DNA from: a virus
Taxonomy: Duplodnaviria; Caudoviricetes
Length of the DNA: 64,000 nucleotides
IMG/VR virus record: IMGVR_UViG_2634166429_000001
Coordinates: 29,136 to 93,135 of that record
Strand: one strand, 5' to 3'
This document shows positions 9,589-19,685 of this stretch, piece by piece. Within the stretch, counting starts at the first letter, position 1. Every line of letters starts with the position of its first letter. Position numbers and translations under genes: made by a program. The notes under the pieces were generated by a model. That model saw nothing but the letters and a program-made list of their open reading frames with translations, was not told the origin of the DNA and ran no database searches.

Positions 9589-10386
9589 ATGACCACACCC
9601 CAGTCCTCCGGGGCCGACCTCGCCCGCCAGGCCCTCGCCGCAGCCCGCGCGGCCGCCAAAACCCAGCCCGTCGCCGGCCCGAAGAAGACCCGCCGCACCA
9701 TGCGCGTACACCGCGGCGAAGGACGCGACCCCCAAGCCTTCGACGCCATCCTGAACACGCTCCGCGCCGAACAGGGCTGGGAAGGCGGCATCAACGGCGG
9801 CAACCTCCTCGACCAGTGGCCGGACATCTGCCCGCCCGAGCTGGCCACCACCGTCCGGCCCACCGCCTACGATCCCGAACGCGGACTCCTCACCCTTGAG
9901 CCGTCCACCCCCGCCTACGGCACCCAACTCCGCCTCTTCCAGAACAAGCTGATCCAGCACCTCAACCAGGCGCTGGGGAAGCCCGCGGTCCGTACGATCC
10001 GCGTTCTCCCCCCTGGCGGCCGCCGCGACGGCGCCCCCGACCCGGCGCCGCAGCCGACCGCCCCCAAGCCCGAGGCGCCGGTGAAGACCCGGGAGACCGC
10101 ACACGCCGGCTACCGGCACACACTTGCCCTCGCGCTGGAGAACCGGCTCACCCTTCCCCCGGAGACGGCTTACGAGGAGGAAGCCCGACGCCGGCAGGAG
10201 GCCGCCCTCCGCGCCAACCGGCAACCGGAAAGCGAGGACCGGGAGGCGTACTGGGCGCAGCAGGACGCCGCTGCCGCCGCAGGCCCGACCCCGGGCAGCA
10301 TGGCCGCCTCCGAAGCAGCCGCCCGCGCCTACGCCCGCAGCCAAGCCGCCGGCCGCACACCGCAGCGCGCGTTCGACGTCGCATGA
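9589..10386 (+). CDS. DciA (DUF721) helicase-loader-like protein
   Basis: ADLARQALAAAR, RDPQAFDAIL...QWPDIC...LLTL...AYGTQLRL...LIQHLNQALG...VRTIRV. Confidence 0.75.
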   Translation: MTTPQSSGADLARQALAAARAAAKTQPVAGPKKTRRTMRVHRGEGRDPQAFDAILNTLRAEQGWEGGINGGNLLDQWPDICPPELATTVRPTAYDPERGLLTLEPSTPAYGTQLRLFQNKLIQHLNQALGKPAVRTIRVLPPGGRRDGAPDPAPQPTAPKPEAPVKTRETAHAGYRHTLALALENRLTLPPETAYEEEARRRQEAALRANRQPESEDREAYWAQQDAAAAAGPTPGSMAASEAAARAYARSQAAGRTPQRAFDVA

Positions 10387-10823
10387 CCGGCAACCTCGCC
10401 CTGATCGGCCTGACCGGCAGCCGTCTTTGGCCCGACCCACAACGCCTCGAGGACACCCTCCTGGGCGTCTGGCACGACGCCCTCCAAATCGGCTACACCG
10501 GCATCGAACTCATGCAAGGCTGCGCCGACGGCGCCGACACCATCGGCGACCAATGGGCCCGCCGCAACGGCCTCCTCGTCCGCGAACGCCCCGCCGACTG
10601 GGACGGCCCCTGCGGACCCGAATGCCCGCCCGGGCACCGCCGCCGCAACCGCCGCGGCACCGAGTACTGCCCGATGGCCGGCCACAGACGCAACCAGCAG
10701 ATGGTCGACGAACGGCCCGTGCTGTTCGTCGCGGCGTCGTACCGGAAGTCCAGCGGGACCGCGGACTGCCTGCGCCGGGCCCGCAAGGCAGGCATCCCCG
10801 ACCTGACCATCACAGCCGACTGA
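10383..10823 (+). CDS. YspA/DUF2493-type SLOG family protein
   Basis: TGSR, GCADGAD, PADW, AGHRRNQQM, SGTADC. Confidence 0.8.
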   Translation: MTGNLALIGLTGSRLWPDPQRLEDTLLGVWHDALQIGYTGIELMQGCADGADTIGDQWARRNGLLVRERPADWDGPCGPECPPGHRRRNRRGTEYCPMAGHRRNQQMVDERPVLFVAASYRKSSGTADCLRRARKAGIPDLTITAD

Positions 10824-10858
10824 GCAGGGGCAACACGATCCGGAATCTGCGGCACCGT
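10821..10858 (+). promoter_or_regulatory. Class B promoter
   Basis: TGAGCAGGGGCAAC-18-CACCGT. Confidence 0.55.
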
Positions 10859-11138
10859 GGACCGCGACAGCCACACCACCCCCACCTGCACGCGAGGGGA
10901 CACTGCTTTGCCCACACCGATCGCACCCGCACCAGCCCCCGACCAGACGAGCGGCATGTGCCTCCTCCACGCCGACTACCACCCCATGGACGGGCGCTGC
11001 CTGACGGCCCTCACCGACTTCTTCTTCGAGTACGCCGACCTGCCCCTGCCGGCCGCCCGCGACCTCTACCAGCTCGAGGTAGAACGCCTGATGCTCGACG
11101 AGCACATCCGCCGGCACCTCGCCGGCCCCACCCCCTGA
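10857..11138 (+). CDS. Small hypothetical protein
   Basis: ORF with codon bias; start may be the downstream TTG. Confidence 0.5.
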   Translation: MDRDSHTTPTCTRGDTALPTPIAPAPAPDQTSGMCLLHADYHPMDGRCLTALTDFFFEYADLPLPAARDLYQLEVERLMLDEHIRRHLAGPTP

Positions 11139-11286
11139 AGGACCGCCATGCCCACCACCCCGTTCATACCGGCCCAACGCACCGTGCCCGTCTGGGAGAG
11201 TCACCAGCTGTTCCGTGAACCGCAGTACGAGAACGGCGTGCCGTGGACGCCCGAGGACGACGACAGTCCCGAGGACGACGGCTGAG

Positions 11287-11308
11287 GAGTTTTACGGCCG
11301 TAAAACTC
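11287..11308. promoter_or_regulatory. Candidate parS site (22-bp perfect palindrome)
   Basis: GAGTTTTACGGCCGTAAAACTC upstream of parA; core repeated inside parB. Confidence 0.65.
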
Positions 11309-11404
11309 TCGACCCCGCACGTCTCTCCGAGCCCGATCTCCCCGTCTGGCAGGATGCTCCCCGTCCGAAGTACCGGATCCTCGGGAAGTAGTCGGAGAAC
11401 GAAC

Positions 11405-12145
11405 ATGCCTTACATCACCGTGCTCCTGAACAGAAAAGGCGGGGTCGGGAAGTCCCTGATCTCCGTCAACCTGGCCGCGGTCTATGCCGAGATCCTCGGC
11501 TGCGGCGAAGACGACCCCACCGTGGCTGTCGTCTCGATAGACCCCCAGGCCACCAGCGTCGAACACGCCGACGCGGTACGCAAAGCAGGCCGGCCCGTCC
11601 CCTTCCGCGTCGTCAACGCCAAGAACAACGTCGATCAGTTGCGCAAGCTGCGCCGCGCCAAGGCCGACATCATCATCGTCGACACCCCAGGCTTCATGCC
11701 CCTGGAAGAAGGCGAGGAAGACGCAGGACCGTCCATCGACCCGCTTGGCGACGGAACTGTAGGCGACTCACTGCGGGCCGTCTTGGATGCAGCCGACGAC
11801 GTCATCGTCCCCCTCCCCGCCGCAGGAGCAGCGTTCCGTTCCACCAAGACCACCATCGAACGTGTCCTCATTCCCCGGCAGATCCCCTACGGCGTCGTCG
11901 TGTACTGGGATCCGCGCGACAGCGAGGCGGACCGGGACCGCACCCAGAGCCTGGTGCGCCGCCAGGGCTGGGACATGTACAACACCACGATCCGCCACTA
12001 CAAGCCGCACACCCGCGGCATTACCACAGGACGGCTCTGCACCCAGTACGAGCCCAACCCCATCGCACTCAAAGCCAAGGCTGACTTCCAGTCCCTGGCC
12101 CTCGAGCACCAGATGCGGCGCCAGAAGCGTGCGGGAGGTCAGTGA
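11405..12145 (+). CDS. parA: ParA partition ATPase
   Basis: Deviant Walker A KGGVGKS, IDPQA, IIVDTPG. Confidence 0.92.
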   Translation: MPYITVLLNRKGGVGKSLISVNLAAVYAEILGCGEDDPTVAVVSIDPQATSVEHADAVRKAGRPVPFRVVNAKNNVDQLRKLRRAKADIIIVDTPGFMPLEEGEEDAGPSIDPLGDGTVGDSLRAVLDAADDVIVPLPAAGAAFRSTKTTIERVLIPRQIPYGVVVYWDPRDSEADRDRTQSLVRRQGWDMYNTTIRHYKPHTRGITTGRLCTQYEPNPIALKAKADFQSLALEHQMRRQKRAGGQ

Positions 12146-13302
12146 TGGCCAGCCGTAACGACTTCGACGACTTCTTCGGCGACGACGAGGAGACCGCAGT
12201 CGCCGACACCCGGGCGGACGGACGCCTCTACCGGGTGCCTATCTCTCGCATTGCGCCGAACCTGGTCAACCCGCGGAAGGACTTCGGGACCGCGGACCAG
12301 CTCATTGATCTCGGCAAGAGCCTGGCCCGCCGTCAGAACCAGCCCTGCCCCGTCGTCAGCCGCAACGCCTACCTGAAGCTGTGGCCCGAGCCTGAGGACC
12401 GCCTTAAGGACGTCGACTACGTCCTCGTGTCCGGCGAGCGCCGGTACCGGGCGGCCACCGCTGTCGGCCTGGCCACACTGGATTGCGTCGCCAACGACGA
12501 CTTCGCCAGCGACCGGCGCACGTTCATGGAGGCCGTGGTCTCCGAGAACGTCGACCGGCAGAACTTCGACCCCGTCGAAGAAGCCTACGCCGTCCAGGCC
12601 CTGGTGGCGGAGTTCGGCACCAACCGGGCCGTCGCCCAGCACTTCGAGCGCGCCGACGGATGGGTCACCCAACGCATCCTCCTCACCAACCTGGCCCCTG
12701 AAGTACAGGACCTGGTGCGGAAGAAGACTCTCCCGCTCGAGGCGGCTCGAACCTTGGGCAAGCTGGCCCGGGATAAAGACTGGGCTGCCCGCGACCAGCT
12801 GGAGTGGTGGGAGGGCGAGCAGGAACGGCGTGCGGCCGCGTCTGCGGCCCGCTCGGCTGCACGCCGCGCCGGCAGCCAGGAGCCGGTGCCGATGCGCCAG
12901 CCAGCTCCGGAACCTCTTCCAGCGGTGCCGGGGGCCACCGGTCCGGGGACGCCGAGTTTTACGGCCGTAAAACCGTCGGTGCCCTCCAGCAACGAAACGG
13001 CCCCCGCCCTCGAGAACGATGCGCCCGGGCCCGCCGCGGTTCACGCTCCGCGGGAACCCGCCCTCGCACCGGTCCCGGCGGCAGTGGCTGAAGCAGAGAG
13101 GGTGGTGCCGGAGCAGCCCGGCCCAGTGACCCCGGAACAGACGGCGGCTGACGACCGGAAGCCGGCGAAGCCCTTCCCATACGACGACGGCCTGTTCGCG
13201 GGACAGCTGGTCGTGCACAAGATGGATCTGGCTGAGGTCGCCAAGATGTACGAGGTTCTCGGCCTGCATCTGAAGAAACACGAAGCTTCCTCTTCCGTGT
13301 GA
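12142..13302 (+). CDS. parB: ParB partition protein
   Basis: NPRKDF, QPCPVV, SGERRYRA, SENVDRQNFDPVEEA, HTH. Confidence 0.92.
   Translation: MMASRNDFDDFFGDDEETAVADTRADGRLYRVPISRIAPNLVNPRKDFGTADQLIDLGKSLARRQNQPCPVVSRNAYLKLWPEPEDRLKDVDYVLVSGERRYRAATAVGLATLDCVANDDFASDRRTFMEAVVSENVDRQNFDPVEEAYAVQALVAEFGTNRAVAQHFERADGWVTQRILLTNLAPEVQDLVRKKTLPLEAARTLGKLARDKDWAARDQLEWWEGEQERRAAASAARSAARRAGSQEPVPMRQPAPEPLPAVPGATGPGTPSFTAVKPSVPSSNETAPALENDAPGPAAVHAPREPALAPVPAAVAEAERVVPEQPGPVTPEQTAADDRKPAKPFPYDDGLFAGQLVVHKMDLAEVAKMYEVLGLHLKKHEASSSV
12956..12973. promoter_or_regulatory. Candidate parS site inside parB
   Basis: GTTTTACGGCCGTAAAAC, identical to the core at 11289-11306. Confidence 0.6.
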
Positions 13303-13314
13303 CCTGTCGACCCG

Positions 13315-13354
13315 GCCCCGCTCGTACGGCATGCAGCCGCTCGGGCGGGGCTTT
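13315..13354 (+). terminator. Intrinsic terminator after parB
   Basis: GCCCCGCTCG...CGGGCGGGGC followed by TTT. Confidence 0.6.
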
Positions 13355-14024
13355 CGCGTGCAGGACGGCCTCACCTGCGACGTTGAACGTCGGTCAGTTT
13401 TGGGGCGGGTTGCCGGGGTTTCGTATCGCCCAAGAGAGTGATCCACCCGCAGAGGTCTTCACAGCACATACGTGCACGTGAACGGATTGGGGCGCTGCCG
13501 GCTCTGGGGAGTCGGCGGACGTACGGCCGGGAACGGTACGCGCGTGGATCGCAGCCCACACTGGGCGTTCCCGGCCCGCGCGCCACCCCCCACACCTCCG
13601 GCCCACCCGTCCGCCACCCCAACCCGAATTGGCGGGGGATAGCGTCTGTCCGCGTGGTGAGTTCCCGGACTAGACTCCCGTCATCGAGCGGGCCTGTGCC
13701 TGTGAGGTCTCGAGGCCCTTCCCGGGGCCAGGAGTGCGGTTGTCGGCAACCATCCACCCTCCAGGACAACGGGAGGGGCCCACCCCCGCACTGCCGTCAC
13801 CGACCGCACACATTCGGCCTACACGCCGTCAGGCTATGGCCAAATCAGTTAAGACTTCGCGTCAAGAGCGCACTTTTCGTTCCGACACGCCCGCCCAAGG
13901 TGCCACAGTGGCATCCCGCACTAGTGGACTGGCAGCCAGACTGTGCGGGAATGAGGGCCCGGTACTGCGAATACCAGGCTGCGAGAACCTTCCCTATATC
14001 TGCCGGAGGAGCGGAGACGCCCCG

Positions 14025-14387
14025 ATGTCCGCAGAACCCGTACGAACAACCGAGCCCGAGCCGGCCGCCGTCCCGGCTACGGTCCTCGCCTTCAAGCGCC
14101 CCCGCCATTCGAGCAGGGAGCCACGCGTGCCGATACAACCCGGACCCGACGCCGGCGCCGACCTCACCCCGGAGCAGCGGCTGGCCGCCACCGTGGAAGC
14201 CGCGTTCGCCCGGCAGGGACGAAGTCTCACCGACGAGGGCACAGCCTTGGACTTCACCATCACCCTCGGCATCGTTATCACCCTGCTCAACGGGGCCCGG
14301 GACCAGAACCACCTGGGGGAGGAGGAGTTCGACCGGCTGAACGGGATGGTGCAAGGGGTGCTCACCGTTCCCCGCCTCCTGGCCTGA
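14025..14387 (+). CDS. Hypothetical protein
   Basis: RBS GGAG; codon bias. Confidence 0.6.
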   Translation: MSAEPVRTTEPEPAAVPATVLAFKRPRHSSREPRVPIQPGPDAGADLTPEQRLAATVEAAFARQGRSLTDEGTALDFTITLGIVITLLNGARDQNHLGEEEFDRLNGMVQGVLTVPRLLA

Positions 14388-14619
14388 ATGTCCCAGTACT
14401 CCGGGTAACCGCAGACCTTCACAAAGGTTGTCAAACGGTAACAGTGCACACGGCCTGTTGATCGTTTGCGACAGTCTGTTCAACCCCCGCCCCATCCGTG
14501 GCACGATGGGGCGTCCGGACACACCCGGAGGAACTACTTCCGGCCACCCCGGCGCGCGCCCCGCACACGCTACGGACCCCCCGCGCCCCCAGGGCAGGCC
14601 ACTCAGGGACGGGGACACC

Positions 14620-15159
14620 ATGGGCCAAGACACCGCCGGAGCCGCCGCACGCGCCTTCCGCCTCCTCAACAGCCCTGCACTCCGACAGCCCACCCGCAAC
14701 GCCCCCGCCGAACGCCGTACCACCAGCACAACACCCGCCGCACCCCTCGACCTCGGCCTCCTCGACTACCTCAACGCCCACGTCGACGAGGTAATCACCC
14801 ACACCCGCGCCGCCGCCGGCGAGCCCGGCCCGGTACCCCGCCAGCGCGCCGACATCTACGACTGGTGCGAACAGGTCATCCCCACCACCGAGGAAGACCA
14901 GCAACTCCTCCTACGGACCATGCTCGAACGCCACCGCCTCGAACACGCCGTACGCCTGGGCGACTTCAACGCCATCCGCAAAGAGTTCTGCCCCGCATGC
15001 GGTTGCCTCGGACTCTTCTGGGAAGACGCAGCCCAGCGCGCCGCGTGCAGCAACAGGCGATGCCGAACCCCAGACGGCCTCACCCAACGCTGGACACTCG
15101 CCCGGCTCGCCGCACAAAAGGCAGGCGGCACAGAAAAGTGGCGCCGCAATGCAACCTGA
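14620..15159 (+). CDS. Zn-ribbon hypothetical protein
   Basis: CPACGC...CSNRRC. Confidence 0.65.
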   Translation: MGQDTAGAAARAFRLLNSPALRQPTRNAPAERRTTSTTPAAPLDLGLLDYLNAHVDEVITHTRAAAGEPGPVPRQRADIYDWCEQVIPTTEEDQQLLLRTMLERHRLEHAVRLGDFNAIRKEFCPACGCLGLFWEDAAQRAACSNRRCRTPDGLTQRWTLARLAAQKAGGTEKWRRNAT

Positions 15160-15285
15160 CCGCCACCCCGACGGTCTACACAGCACCACAACAGCACACG
15201 CCCGTCCCCGCACCCGGATGACCCGTCATCCGCCCGTATCGGCTGCTGGAGCTGCGAACTGTAGCCGCCGTCATGGGAGGCCGAC

Positions 15286-15534
15286 TTGGCCGCAACGCAC
15301 TACAGCCCGCTCCCCGTTGAGATCGACGACCCCGTCACCTACGAAGAGGCCTCCGCCCTCCTGGCCCAGACCGGCCACCGCGCGCCCGTGAACACGCTGC
15401 GCCGGTGGGTGAAGGAAGCCGGCCTGGCCACGGTGAAGTCCGGCCGCGCGGTGTACGTGTCCTGGACGGACATCCTCGAGATCCACCGGGACCGGACCGC
15501 GGTGAAGCTGAGAGCGTCCTCGAACTGGCCCTGA
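15286..15534 (+). CDS. Excisionase/MerR-like HTH protein
   Basis: TYEEASALL...PVNTLRRWV; RBS GGAGG. Confidence 0.65.
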   Translation: MAATHYSPLPVEIDDPVTYEEASALLAQTGHRAPVNTLRRWVKEAGLATVKSGRAVYVSWTDILEIHRDRTAVKLRASSNWP

Positions 15535-15563
15535 CGCCGGCGTTGACGGCCACCCCCCTGATG

Positions 15564-15593
15564 AAGCCCTGACCCTCCGGTCGGGGCTTTCTT
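15564..15593 (+). terminator. Intrinsic terminator
   Basis: AAGCCCTGACC-CTCC-GGTCGGGGCTT-TCTT. Confidence 0.7.
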
Positions 15594-15611
15594 CATGCCC
15601 TCACACCCAAC

Positions 15612-15643
15612 CCATTGCGACGCCATGGAATATGGGTTACGTT
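15612..15643 (+). promoter_or_regulatory. Class A promoter/operator copy 2
   Basis: CCATTGC-GAC-GCCATGG-AATATGGGT-TACGTT. Confidence 0.8.
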
Positions 15644-15711
15644 GGGAGTGTTGGAAACGCCACCCCACACCACGGGAAGCGCGCAACACCCACACCACCC
15701 CGGAGCCCTCC

Positions 15712-16041
15712 ATGGCGCTGATGACGCACGCCCACAACCAGGCCCAAGCCAACTACTACGACATGGGCACGGCCGACCAGGAACGCTTCGACGAAATGAT
15801 GGAACTCGCCGACGTCCGCGCCGAAAACAGCGTCTTCCTGGCCCTCATGGTCGCCGCAGCCCAGATCGCCGGACTCCGCATCAACTACACCCAGGAGATC
15901 CGCCGCTGCGCCTGCTCCTGCTGGTGCCCCGTCATCTTCGACCCCCACGGGCCCGACGCGCACTGCATCGAAACCGACGAGTACAACCTCGGCCGCCACC
16001 AGTGCCCCCGCTGCGCCGACGACCACCGCGAAACCGCCTAA
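15712..16041 (+). CDS. Cys-rich hypothetical protein
   Basis: RBS GGAG; CACSCWC, CPRC. Confidence 0.65.
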   Translation: MALMTHAHNQAQANYYDMGTADQERFDEMMELADVRAENSVFLALMVAAAQIAGLRINYTQEIRRCACSCWCPVIFDPHGPDAHCIETDEYNLGRHQCPRCADDHRETA

Positions 16042-16128
16042 CCCACACCCCAGACACCCCGGTCGCGTGACGACACGGCTCTGCGCGGCCGGGTGACAGA
16101 CCACCAGCACAACCACAGGGGAGACCCC

Positions 16129-16455
16129 ATGCACGCCACCTCACGCCCCACCCGCATCACCCCCCAAGCCGCAGCCCAAGCCGCAGCCGACTACCTCGGT
16201 CTCCCCACCGCCCGCCTCACCACCCACAACGACGCCGCCCACATCTTCACCGCCGACATGCACCACCTCACCGCCTGGTACCGCGCCCTCGGAGGCACCG
16301 TCACCCGCGAACGAGCCGGCCTCGGCGTCACCCTCTGGACCCTCCGCACCCACACCGAACCCCGCAACGACGGAACCCACACCCCCATCCTCATCCACTG
16401 CCTGGCCCTCACCACCGAGGACATCGACCCCACCCTCACCAACGCCGCCGCCTGA
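16129..16455 (+). CDS. Hypothetical protein
   Basis: RBS AGGGGAG. Confidence 0.65.
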   Translation: MHATSRPTRITPQAAAQAAADYLGLPTARLTTHNDAAHIFTADMHHLTAWYRALGGTVTRERAGLGVTLWTLRTHTEPRNDGTHTPILIHCLALTTEDIDPTLTNAAA

Positions 16456-16472
16456 CACCCCGGAGCCCCGAC

Positions 16473-16763
16473 ATGAGCCTCATGACCACGGCCCCCGCCG
16501 TCAGCCCCTTCGCCAACGACCCCTTCTACTCCATGGGCATCGCCGACGCCTACGACGAACACCAGGCAGGCGAAAGCGTCGACACCCTCAAGCAGCGCGC
16601 CGCCGACATGCTCGAAGCCGACACCCGCGGCCAGATCCCCGCAGAGCTCTACCGCATCGGCTACGCCACAGCCATCGCTGGCCTCCTCAACTTTCACATT
16701 GCCACCGTCAACGCCCAAGCCGACGTCGCCCACGACGACCACCACGAAAGGCGTGCAGCATGA
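16473..16763 (+). CDS. Hypothetical protein
   Basis: RBS; overlap with next gene. Confidence 0.65.
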   Translation: MSLMTTAPAVSPFANDPFYSMGIADAYDEHQAGESVDTLKQRAADMLEADTRGQIPAELYRIGYATAIAGLLNFHIATVNAQADVAHDDHHERRAA

Positions 16764-17575
16764 CCGCGCCCAGCCTTCGATCCATCAGCTACGGGGGGGG
16801 CGTTCAGTCCACCGCGCTGCTCGTCCTCGCCGCGCAGCAGCGCATCGACTTTTCGTTGTTCCTCATGGCTAACGTTGGCGACGACTCCGAAAACCCGGCC
16901 ACTCTCCGGTACATCGAGGAGCACGCCCGCCCATTCGCCGCCGAGCACGGCATAGAGCTGGTCGTGCTGGATCGTGTGAAGCGAGACGGCAGCGTCGAGA
17001 CCCTGATGGGCCGACTCACCCGGCCCGGCTCCCGCTCGCTACCGATCCCGATCCGCATGTCCAACGGTGCGCCCGGCCAGCGTTCGTGTACGGCCGACTT
17101 CAAAATCAAGGTGATCGGCAAGGAACTGAAGCGGCGCGGGGCCACCGCGGCGGCCCCGGCAACGATCGGGATCGGTATCTCGGTCGACGAGATCCACCGC
17201 GCGAACAACCGCAGGGTCGAACCTCACGAGGTCATCACGTACCCGCTCCTTGACCTTGGGCTCCGGCGAACCGACTGCGCCCGCATCATCCGCGACGCCG
17301 GCCTGCCCGTGCCGCCCAAGTCCAGCTGCTTCTTCTGCCCGTTCCACCGGCCGGAGACCTGGCACGACCAGCGGCGCGACGAACCCGAGCTGTTCGAGAA
17401 GTCGTGCCAGCTCGAAGAACTCCTCAACAAACGGCGTGACGAGCTGGGCAAAGACCACGTCTACCTGACCCGCTTCAACCGGCCCTTGCGTGAGGCGATC
17501 CCCGACGGCGTCGACCTGCTGCCGATGTTCGACGAGGCGGACGGCCTCTGCGACAGCGGCTGGTGCATGACCTGA
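16760..17575 (+). CDS. PAPS-reductase-like PP-loop protein with Cys cluster
   Basis: SYGGGVQST PP-loop, RSCTADFK, YPL, KSSCFFCPF, C-terminal CDSGWC. Confidence 0.8.
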   Translation: MTAPSLRSISYGGGVQSTALLVLAAQQRIDFSLFLMANVGDDSENPATLRYIEEHARPFAAEHGIELVVLDRVKRDGSVETLMGRLTRPGSRSLPIPIRMSNGAPGQRSCTADFKIKVIGKELKRRGATAAAPATIGIGISVDEIHRANNRRVEPHEVITYPLLDLGLRRTDCARIIRDAGLPVPPKSSCFFCPFHRPETWHDQRRDEPELFEKSCQLEELLNKRRDELGKDHVYLTRFNRPLREAIPDGVDLLPMFDEADGLCDSGWCMT

Positions 17576-17654
17576 CGATCCCCTGTCCACCCGGCCGAAC
17601 CAGCACCGGAGCCCCACCGCACCACACCCCAGCCCCGCAGGACGGAGAACGACC

Positions 17655-18269
17655 ATGCCCCGCACCCGGCCCCGCGCCGCCAAAGCCGCCCCCAAGCCGA
17701 CCCCCAAGAAGACCACCCCCACCCCGGCCGCCGTCGACCTCCGCCACCTGCTCAAACCACGCCGCCGCCTCTTCACCGGCCCCATGGGCCCCAACGAGCA
17801 AGCCGCCATCCGCGCAGCCCTCGACACCGCCCGCGCAGCCCTCCCCATCCCCGTCCGCACCTGGAACGGCTCCACCGCCAACCTCACCGACGGAACCCTC
17901 CTCACCCACAACCCCGGCCCCGACCGCCTCTTCACCGCCCACATCGCCTGCCGACACGGCGCCATACACGGCTACCCCATCACCACCCACACCGACCTCC
18001 GCGAAGCCCGCGCCCTCACCCACGCCTGCGAACGCCCCCACACCAACCCCACCGACGACGGCATGAACTGGGACAAGGCCATCACGGGCGGCGTCCACCC
18101 CGCACCCGCCCCCAAGCCCGGCGTCGTCGTCCAACTCCGCGAAGGCATACGCCGCGCCGCAGCCACCAAAGCCGAAACCCAGCCCCTCACCCTCGCCGAC
18201 ATCGCTGAAGGCCTCGCCGCCCGCACCGCCGATGCCGAGACCGCGAAGGAACACCCCACCGATGCCTGA
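17655..18269 (+). CDS. Hypothetical protein
   Basis: RBS GGAG; codon bias. Confidence 0.65.
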   Translation: MPRTRPRAAKAAPKPTPKKTTPTPAAVDLRHLLKPRRRLFTGPMGPNEQAAIRAALDTARAALPIPVRTWNGSTANLTDGTLLTHNPGPDRLFTAHIACRHGAIHGYPITTHTDLREARALTHACERPHTNPTDDGMNWDKAITGGVHPAPAPKPGVVVQLREGIRRAAATKAETQPLTLADIAEGLAARTADAETAKEHPTDA

Positions 18270-18552
18270 CCTCGAAGACCTCTACGCCGCACCCGCCGCC
18301 GACATCGGCCCCACCAGCCCCCGCGACGAACTCCTCACCGCGGCCGCCACACTCCGCACCCGCGACGGATTCCTCAACGGACAACTCAGCCTCTGGTTCC
18401 TCGACACCGCCGAACTCCACGGCCCCGACGAGACCGGCCACTACTGCTGGCGCGACCGCGACACCTGGCCCTGCTTCGACGTCCAAGCCGCACAGAAAGT
18501 CGCCTTCGCCCTCGGCATCGGATCCGGGCCCTGGGGAGCCGTCCATGCCTGA
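18262..18552 (+). CDS. Hypothetical protein
   Basis: RBS AAGGA; operon overlap. Confidence 0.6.
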   Translation: MPDLEDLYAAPAADIGPTSPRDELLTAAATLRTRDGFLNGQLSLWFLDTAELHGPDETGHYCWRDRDTWPCFDVQAAQKVAFALGIGSGPWGAVHA

Positions 18553-18817
18553 GACCACCCCCGGCTACAGCGCAGCCCTCGGCGCCGCCGAACACCACGC
18601 CACCACCCAAAACCTCCGCGACCAGGCCTACACCACCCAACTCGCCCGGCAGCTCTACCAGCGCTACCCAGACCTCCTCACCGCAGAAACAGACCTCGCC
18701 ATCCTCCGCGCCCGCCTCGCCATCGTCACCACCTTCATCCAAAACCCCATCTACGACGCCACCACCCGCCACGCCCTCGCCCAAGCCCTCAACCTCCCCA
18801 CCCCGGAGAAGACGTGA
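18545..18817 (+). CDS. Hypothetical protein
   Basis: Operon overlap. Confidence 0.6.
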   Translation: MPETTPGYSAALGAAEHHATTQNLRDQAYTTQLARQLYQRYPDLLTAETDLAILRARLAIVTTFIQNPIYDATTRHALAQALNLPTPEKT

Positions 18818-19215
18818 CCCCCGACGACTACGGACACCTCTACGCCGAAGCCCACGACGAACCCGCCTTCTCCAACAGCGATGAAGGCTACGGCTGGATG
18901 GACGCCAACTGCGCCACCTGCATCCACGACAAGCCGGCCCGCCAAGGCCGCGACCACGAAGGATGCCCCCTCATCCTCATCACCCTCATGAGCAAGCGCC
19001 CCATCCAATTCCTCGACGGACCGCGAAGCCCCGAAGGCCTCTACAACATCGCCGACCAATATCGGTGCATCGAGTACCGGCACGAGAACGACGGACCCAC
19101 CGACCCCCAACCCATCCCCGACCCGCCCGGACAACTCACCCTCCTGCCCCGAGAGGACTACCAGGGCCACCGCATGCTCACCCAGGCCCCGCAGGAAACG
19201 GCGGTACCCCGATGA
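18814..19215 (+). CDS. Hypothetical protein
   Basis: GTGA overlap; CATC motif. Confidence 0.65.
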   Translation: MTPDDYGHLYAEAHDEPAFSNSDEGYGWMDANCATCIHDKPARQGRDHEGCPLILITLMSKRPIQFLDGPRSPEGLYNIADQYRCIEYRHENDGPTDPQPIPDPPGQLTLLPREDYQGHRMLTQAPQETAVPR

Positions 19216-19685
19216 CCACCACCGTCCCCGAAACCGTTCACGGCAGCATCACCCGCCCCAAGTCCTGGCGCATCGCCCTCCCCGAAGGGACCTTCCTCCT
19301 CAACGACAACCAGCGACTCCACCACAGGCGCAAGGCCGAGTACATCGAACTCATCCGACGGGCCAGCGCAGTCGCCGCCCGAGCCGCCGAAATCCCCACC
19401 TTCGAACGCATCCACGTCTACTACGTCGTCCACCCCAAGCCCAGCGTCCGACGCCGCGACCCCGGCAACTGGTCCCCCACCGCCAAAGCCGCCATCGACG
19501 GCCTCGTCGACGCCCGCACCATCCCCGACGACAACTCCACACGCGTCCTCGGCGGAGACCCCCGACTCGGCGACCCCGTCAAGGGATCCCAGTTCGTCCT
19601 GTGGATCACCGACCTCGACCAGATACACCCCGAACACCTCGCCCTCCTCAACCCGCCCACCGCCCTCCCGGGAGCCACCCGATGA
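19212..19685 (+). CDS. RusA-like Holliday junction resolvase
   Basis: RRRDPGNWSPTAKAAIDGLVD...IPDDN. Confidence 0.75.
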   Translation: MTTTVPETVHGSITRPKSWRIALPEGTFLLNDNQRLHHRRKAEYIELIRRASAVAARAAEIPTFERIHVYYVVHPKPSVRRRDPGNWSPTAKAAIDGLVDARTIPDDNSTRVLGGDPRLGDPVKGSQFVLWITDLDQIHPEHLALLNPPTALPGATR

